Below are positions 56,743-64,000 of a stretch of 64,000 nt of DNA, piece after piece (the first letter of the stretch is position 1; the number at the start of each line of letters is the position of its first letter). The DNA comes from the human T2T-CHM13v2.0 reference genome, Homo sapiens. The notes under the pieces were generated by a model. The model searched no databases, was not told the origin of the DNA, and saw nothing but the letters and a program-made list of their open reading frames with translations. Where the stretch lies: assembly GCF_009914755.1 (NCBI RefSeq), contig NC_060928.1. One strand, given 5' to 3'. The position numbers were made by a program, and so were the translations under genes.

Positions 56743-56900
56743 TTACTAATAGTTTGTGTGTTGTCTCTTTTCCCTGATAAAATTTAAGCCTCTCAGGAGC
56801 AAAGACTTCATCTTTTTTATGGTTGTGTCCTCTGTGAGTAGAAGATTGCCTAATGCCTGCTAAATATTTGATATATATTTTTATATAATAAATAAATATT
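56060..56900 (+). mobile_element. L2 3' region containing a (TA)n tract at 56705-56733
   Basis: ttctcaccacctcc..; taagcctctcaggagcaaagacttc..taaatatttg. Confidence 0.6.
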
Positions 56901-57912
56901 GCTCAATTTAGATAGTAATAATGAAGTGGCAGACAATTGACTCTTACGGAATTAAGGAAAACATTGGCAAATTTAAGTCATATTTTATTTTATAGATTTT
57001 TGCCAGGAAAAAAAGATTATTAAAATAATCCTATCTCGAAAAGCAGCTTTTTAACTTCAGTTTGCAAATTTCAAGCTGAGTTAAATCTATATTGGTATTG
57101 CTGCTGTGTTTGATGGGACTTTCAACCAATTTTGAGCACCACTGATTCATAGTGTAGTTTAACTAAATCGTAGGAAGCAAAATACAGTTGTTTTGTGCAT
57201 AACCAATGTATTCCTTGGCAGTAATTCATCTGCACTAGGCAAAGCCACCTACTGCTTCAAGAGCACAACCATTTCTTTCTATTACTGTAATCACATTATT
57301 CCAGAGCTTGGCAGTGATGGATAAGCATATCAAAAGATTGAGAATTTTGCATAATGGTGATGTTGTGGACCATTCAAATTGCCTTTCAAATAGCCAACTG
57401 TCTTTTTCCAATAGGAACTTGTAATTTCGTACTGGTCAGGGAAAAATAAGAACAGTGAGGTCTATTTTCTGCATAAATCAATGTGTTATTTTAAAATAAG
57501 AGTACTAACTAATCAATTTATTCCAGATTTATTAAGTAAACAAATTTATAGGTTGAGTTAAGTCTCTAGCCAAGAATCATAACTTCTAATTACATCCCCA
57601 TTACAGGGTTAAAAGTGAATTATTTTTATATTACTATTGTTTTAGAAATCCAGTGCATGATAACAATACATCTAAAATGTTACATGAAAAAGGCTGACAC
57701 TGATGAATAATGGAGCAAAAGATGGGAATACTAATGAGCTCCATGGGCTATTTCCAAGCCAGTGAAGCCCAGGACTGGTCATAATCCCTGGCTAAATAAC
57801 CCTTAACTACTATCTTCCATATTTATCCCAATCCTTACATTCTTAAATAGATTAAATCAGGAAAAGTGGAACAACATGACAACCTTGAAAGATAAAACAT
57901 CATAAGTCCCTG

Positions 57913-57924
57913 TCTCTCTCTCAC

Positions 57925-57980
<56 letters not shown>
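57913..57980. repeat. (TC)n(AC)n microsatellite
   Basis: Seen directly in the sequence. Confidence 0.95.
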
Positions 57981-58029
57981 ATATATAGTATTATCAGTTT
58001 GTATGTCAGTTAGTCCCATATATTTGTCT

Positions 58030-58565
58030 TGGTGATGAAGGAAGATGATAAATATTAGGAAGACAACTATAGCAGAGCAAGGGGATAGCAACTAGAGGTG
58101 GAGGTGTTAAAAGGCCTTATTAAGAAGGTGAGCCTGTGTAGTGATCTGAATAAAGTGAGATAACCAGCCATGTAGATAATGTTAAAAACCAGCCCAAAGG
58201 AACAGCAGCTGCCAAGGCCCTAAGCTGGGAATATTCCTGCTGTGTTCAGGGAACATCAAGGAAGACAAAGTCATCTAATGAATAAAAAGGAAGATCGGTA
58301 AAAGGCAAAGTCAGAGAGGTAATCATGGCATAGTCACATTGTGGCAATGATAAGGGCTTTGATTTCTCCTTTGAGTATCATGGGAAGCCATTAGAAGGAG
58401 TGGCATAATCTAGTTTATGTTTTAACATTTACATTTTGTCTTCTATGTAATAAATATTTTGAAGTGGATATGGGCAGAAGATTATCTAACCTAGAGTGTC
58501 TTCCAGTTGCCTAGGAATGAGAAAATTGTTACTTGACCAATACAGTGATTGTGGAGATGGTGAGA
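58030..58565 (-). mobile_element. L2 fragment
   Basis: aggaacagcagctgccaaggccctaagctggga..tgttcagggaacatcaagg; catgggaagccattagaagg. Confidence 0.65.
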
Positions 58566-58569
58566 AATA

Positions 58570-58930
58570 CAGATAATCCCTGACTTATGTTAGTTCACTT
58601 ATGATTTTCCAACTTTACAATGATGTGAAAGTGATGCATTCAGTAGAAACGACACTCTGATTATTCATTCTGTTTATCATTTTCAATACAGTATTCAATA
58701 AACTACATGGGATATTCAGCACTTCATTATAATAATGGGCTTGGTGTTAGATGATTTTGCCCAACAGTAAGAGAATGTAAGCGTTCTAAGCATCTTTAAA
58801 TTTAGCAGGGCTAAGTAAGCTATACTGTTCAGTAGCTTCGGTGAATAAAGTGCAGTTTTTGGCTTATGTTATTTTCAGCTTATGATGGGTTTATTAGGAC
58901 ATAATCCATCATAAGTTCAGGTATATCTGT
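58570..58930 (-). mobile_element. MER47A (TcMar-Tigger non-autonomous)
   Basis: ta|cagataatccctgacttatg..cataagttcaggtatatctg|ta with imperfect TIRs; gatgattttgcccaac. Confidence 0.8.
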
Positions 58931-60276
58931 AGTTCAAATCTGGATAAATTTTTAAGGGAGAATAAAGAAGATTTTAGTGGGATTTGTTGATAAGCTTTCA
59001 TTATTTTAAGATGACTTTTTTCAACTATAGAATGATTATGGATAGTAATATTTATTATACTTTTTTTAAGTTTATGTTGTATGTATTTGGACCTTTGAAT
59101 CTTCACATTTTATTACATAATCAATTTATGAGACTGGCAGTCCAAACACTGTGGCCTATAATTTTATTTCTAAGAAAACTGGAGGACCACATAGTAGTTA
59201 AAAAAAAAAAAACTAGATATTGCAATGATCAGCTATCAAAACAAGCCACCTGTTTTCTCTCCAAAAACCCTCATTTTTAGATAGGTTAACTAATCTGTAC
59301 TTAGCAGGTGTTAATTAATGGAAGCAAAATGACTTTTATTACAGAATATGGAACTTATTAGAATAGTTTAAACCCTTGTTTGTGTTCTTTCTAAACTTAT
59401 AACATGACTTTGAATCAGAAAGTATACATGTATGTACACTGTGCATACCTCAACTCTGTGCTAAATCCAAAATTCTTAAAATCATCATCACTTGAAAAAA
59501 AAATAAAAATTTAGCATGGAATAATTGCAATAAAACCAAAACAGTATTACTGAATCTTGAAATAAGGGCAGCCTTATAAACTTTTATTCTTCCATTGTTT
59601 CTCTTCTCAGACTCACTCCACACCCTGCTTTCTAGCTCAGTCCTTGTGAGAACTTATGATTATAATTTTTTATATACTGACTATTGTCTGGATCTTTCAT
59701 TGGATTTTATCAACCATATCTGAATAACTTCCAGAAATAGATGATCTTTTCTTACCTGGAATATTTTGCACCATGTTATAAAGTCTGTTTTTCCTCCCAT
59801 CACAATGCACAGGTGGCATCTACACTGCCTGTGTCTCTGTGAGCCTCACAGTCATTGAATTCACACTTCAGTGAATTCCCCGAGAGGATGGTGTCCACAC
59901 AGTGGCCATTTGCTTAGTACCTCAGGAAAATTTTGATGGTACTATAATTCTTGAAAATTTTTCTTGGCCCCAGTAGCTTCAGATTATTTGAAATGAAAAG
60001 ATTAATTGGGAAATACAAAAAGATAAAAGTGGCACAAGGAAAAGAAAGGAGAGAAGCATACCATAAAGAATATTGGTGACATGAGCACAGAAGTGTACCT
60101 CTCTATCCAGCTGTGTGGTTTATTTTCTAACTTCTGGTTAGAACATGTAATGAACAATGACTCTTGCTTTCATAGGTTGTTCTCTAATGTATTTTCATTG
60201 TTATGTTAATAATATCATTACAAAATATTAAATGTCACTATAAATTGCCTTCCTTTGGATTGTGTTCAACAGGAGT

Positions 60277-60583
60277 TTGGTAGCCAGCACAATTAACTCC
60301 CAGAGATGTTCATGCCTATTTCTTGGAGACTGTAGAAATCGTTAGTCAGTCCTGTAAGAAACCAAATTCTGCAGACAACCTAAAGGAACAGGGAGTAGAG
60401 CCTCCCCTAAGACATCCAGAAAAAAGAAAAAAAAAAAAAGCAGCCCTGCTGAAACTTCGGTTTTAGCCCAACGAGAACCATATTGGACCTCAGTTCTACA
60501 GAACTGTAAGGTAATAAATTTCAGGTGTTTTAGACCACCAAGTTTGTGGTAATGTGTCACAGCAGCAACAGAAAACTAATTCA
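60277..60583 (+). mobile_element. MLT1D/E LTR with internal deletion
   Basis: cagccctgctgaaacttcggttttagccc..acagaactgtaag..cagcagcaacagaaaactaattca. Confidence 0.75.
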
Positions 60584-61398
60584 AGGAGTGACTTTCTTTG
60601 TTGCCCACTCTATCCATGCCACTAGTGAAATAATAAGTGTAAGATATATTCTGGAGGTGAGAATCAACTTGACAGAAATTTTGAGTTACATAATTGCCAT
60701 CATGGGGCACTCAATGACTGGGCCTACGAGATAGAGATGTTTTTATGAAGCTTAGAGGCCTATACATTTGGAGAAATAATCAGAGATCAGATGGCAATTT
60801 TTTTTTGTGCTTCTGACTTTAGAAGCTCTGCTATTTGCCTCATGAACTGAAAATGCAGAAATAGTTACTTAGAGTACCTGTGGGTTCAGTAAAAGTTTCT
60901 TCACGTCCTCCAATATAGATCGTAAATAATAAAGGACATCTTAAATGAAAATTTAAAGAATGCACCGTATTTCCCCAGAAATTCAGCTTTACCTATAACT
61001 TGTTTTTAAATAAACAGTTGAATATTAAAAATGAGTGCTGATGAGAGTCTACCACCAACAGCTTTCCTAGGCATTGGTGTGTTTTTCTGAAATTTGGTTG
61101 CTTTTTTCCTGATCCCCAGCTTAGATCATCTTACATTTCATTGGTATACGTGATTTCTTTACCCTTCAGACTGCAACAAGGCTGAATCAAATTTTAGGTC
61201 TTAATTCTTGGGCATTCAGCTAGGCATAGAATCTGTCTTCCAGATCTCAGGAACTGGTAGTTGAAGGTTTAAATGTCCTACCCTTCTACTTCTCGGTCAC
61301 CACCTGAGAACCCAGCCTTCACGATTCTCTTTTCCATCTTGATTACTTAGAAGCAAGCTATTAATGAGCCACCATCTAACCATATTCCCTGATGGAGT

Positions 61399-61996
61399 TG
61401 TGCTGGGATTCACTCAGGATGGTGGCAGAAATTTTAAAGGGAAAGTTATAGAGAATAGTCACAAACCTTTTTGGAAGGTCAAAAGGTTACATAGCTTGTA
61501 ATAATTGAACGGGCTGAAGGCAGCTGGTTCTTACCCTAGAGTGTTAGGTCATAAGGGAAATACGAGGGACAATAGAGGCTTCCCCAGTTAAGTCTGTTTA
61601 CCCTACCTCCTTTAACTAACCTTTGAGCCAGATGGCCCTCTCATGGGGGAGGTCGACCTAGGATATTGCCCCCTAAAGGCTTTTACTTTAAACCGTGGTA
61701 GCTGAGCTTCAATCATTCATAGAAATATCCTCTTAACCATGTTAATTATCCACAAATGTGTTTACTCAGAGCTTCTGTTGTTTATTCTTTACTAAATAAA
61801 TGCCTGGAGTGCGAGCTGCTCAGGGCCGGCCACAGTGACAAATCTCTCTTGGTGTGCAGGCGGTCAGACACTCAGCTGGACTAGCAAAATGGAATATCTG
61901 CATGTCAGTGTACGTTTTATTCATCCGCTATTTTGGTCAGGGTCTGCAGACAGACCCCCACAGCTAATGTCCTCTTGTGAAGAGCAATACCTCACA
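61399..61996 (+). mobile_element. LTR22C-like solo LTR (HERV-K HML-5)
   Basis: gggattcactcaggatggtggcagaaa..gggaaagttatagagaatagtcacaaacc; AATAAA at ~61795; cagggtctgcagacagacccccaca..gcaatacctca. Confidence 0.75.
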
Positions 61997-63829
61997 GATG
62001 GAAATGGAAATGCTAGTCATCCCTTTAAGTAGAATATTATTCATTCTTATCTTGGAAGGCAAAAGATTTCCTGCTTTTCATCCCAATGAAGTGAGTAGGG
62101 AGAAAATAATTTCTATTCACAAATCCCCAAATGCTTGGGAAGGCCATCCTTTCACTGGTCAGACTTTGGAGTTATCAGAATTATACTTAAATTGATGGAG
62201 GGTAGACACTTGCCTCTAATTACTGCCGTGTTACATAACTCTAATATAAGCATAGCATGGGAGTGTAAATCTGACAGTGATTTCAGAAATTTCCCTAGGA
62301 AGTGAGGGAAATGATAGGACTTAAAAGCTTCAAAGACAGAAAAGGGAGTAAGGAATTCAGAGAGAGAAGAACTTAAATAAAGCAATGGATGTGGGAGCGT
62401 GCAGGGTGTTTGCAGGAACAATGAGAACACGGGTGTGTTCGTTTCTAGGTACAGGGCATGTAGCAGTGGTAAAAGAGGTGAAGGCTGAAAAAGAAAGTGA
62501 ATTTGTACAACACTTGATTTCTGTCTTGGGCAAATCAACATTCAATGGCCACACGTGAGTGACATTTTAAATCAAATGTTTTCTATAAAAAGATATTGGT
62601 TAGTAGATTACTATTAACATTAAAGTTAGAACAGATGAAGACTCATTTAATATATAAATCATAGAAAACTCTTAACTAATATGACCAACTCCTTTTCAAT
62701 GCTCAGAGTGCATTGATCCTACTGCTTTGCTCAATTGATTGTTCTCATTTAGAAAGTTCATGAAGCACGGACACCAATTCACTTAAATGCATGTGCTGAG
62801 TCTTGTCACTTGGGATTTTATTTCTTGAGATTGATGCTCAGAGTATTAGAAAAACTTATTATTGGCTTCTATAATGCAGTTTTGTTTTTCAAAATAATAA
62901 ATTAGCATTAATTTAGGGTTGTGACAAGCTTAATCTGCTGCAAAAGCCAGGTCATACATTACATTTAAATGATTATTTACCTCATTCCTTCATTGCTGTG
63001 GTTGACATTTGTTTTCATTCAGAATATTTGAGTCATTTTCTCAGTCATTGATTATTGTAAGTGATATTGTTTTAAACCCACATTACTATGATTTTAATAC
63101 TATGTGGTTTATTCTATCATGAATTTTAAGTGCTAACCTAAATGGAACTAACCACTCTCATGTATGTCTGATTAGTTTAAATAAACATGTTTACTTAGAA
63201 GAAGATAAGCAAATTCTAAAAATTGTCTCTAGAAGAATCATTTCAAAGCCTCTGTAACACATTTTACTTTGATATTAAATGAAAATACAGGACAGTTTTT
63301 GTCATGTGTGAGATATCACAAATGATATTTATTTCTAGTTTTATGCCTTAGATAATCCACCCAAGTTTAAAAGTTGAGAGTAAAATTATTGTATTGTGGT
63401 GATTTACTGCAAAAAAGGATTTGTGTCACCTTTGGGCATCTCAGATTGATAGAGTCTTGAGCAGAGTTACTGAAAGATCCTGCGCTATTGTAGTGTGACT
63501 TTTATGGACACATTTCAATAATTTTTGAATTATCTAATCAGCTTTCATGAATCAACCAGATTAAGGATTCTTTAACACCTGGCACTTAAAAAGCACAAGG
63601 AAAATCTTTATGTTGGGTGCTAGATTAAAAGAATATTGAAATGGAAATCATTGTCCAGTTTTCTTTACTCATTACTGCTGGCCTCTGAAAACAATAGCTT
63701 CTTCTCAGAAGGAATGTGCCTACGGCACATTGATGGCAATGGTGTCTGCTCCAGAACAAGGTTGAGTTCTGAGAGTGCCTGGCAAGCAGGAGAAGGACTT
63801 CTCTGGATTTCATTCTCTGGGGTAGATGC

Positions 63830-64000
63830 AGTACTACCCATAATAACCCTGCTCTACGATTATATAGCAGCAATCTGAGTTATGTGCACCTGTTAGAGTT
63901 TTATTGCTGATTATAAAACCACCTTCTAAGGAGGACCAAAACAAGACAACAATCGTCCATGAATGACAAAAGTTTCAGGGCAGCCATAGCCAAAGACACA
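63830..64000 (-). mobile_element. ERV1 (MER4-group) internal sequence running off the window end
   Basis: gaggaccaaaacaagacaacaatcgtccatgaatgacaaaagtttcagggcagccatag. Confidence 0.5.

Overview
AT-rich primate (human-like) genomic DNA, probably intergenic or deep intronic, dominated by decayed transposable elements. These include LINE-1 (L1MA, L1M/L1ME, L1PB, L1PA7/8/10-like), L2, MIR, eight Alus, DNA transposons (two Tigger3b, Arthur1-like, Tigger13-like, MER47A) and LTR elements (MLT1, THE1, LTR22C solo LTR, ERV1 internal). I see no credible protein-coding gene, RNA gene or CpG island; the listed ORFs are chance ORFs or broken L1, Alu and Tigger frames. I found no evidence for a new multi-gene biological system. 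The most interesting signals are mechanistic fossils: (1) a ~820-bp mini-L1PA8 in which the first ~100 nt of the L1 5'UTR is fused to the 3' end right next to the +97 splice donor; (2) an L1PA7 carrying a 46-nt 3' transduction; (3) a Tigger13-like element retaining transposase N-terminal coding remnants; (4) a 135-bp locally templated duplication; (5) several templated or palindromic repair scars. Repeat family names come from remembered consensus sequences, not a database search, and boundaries are approximate.
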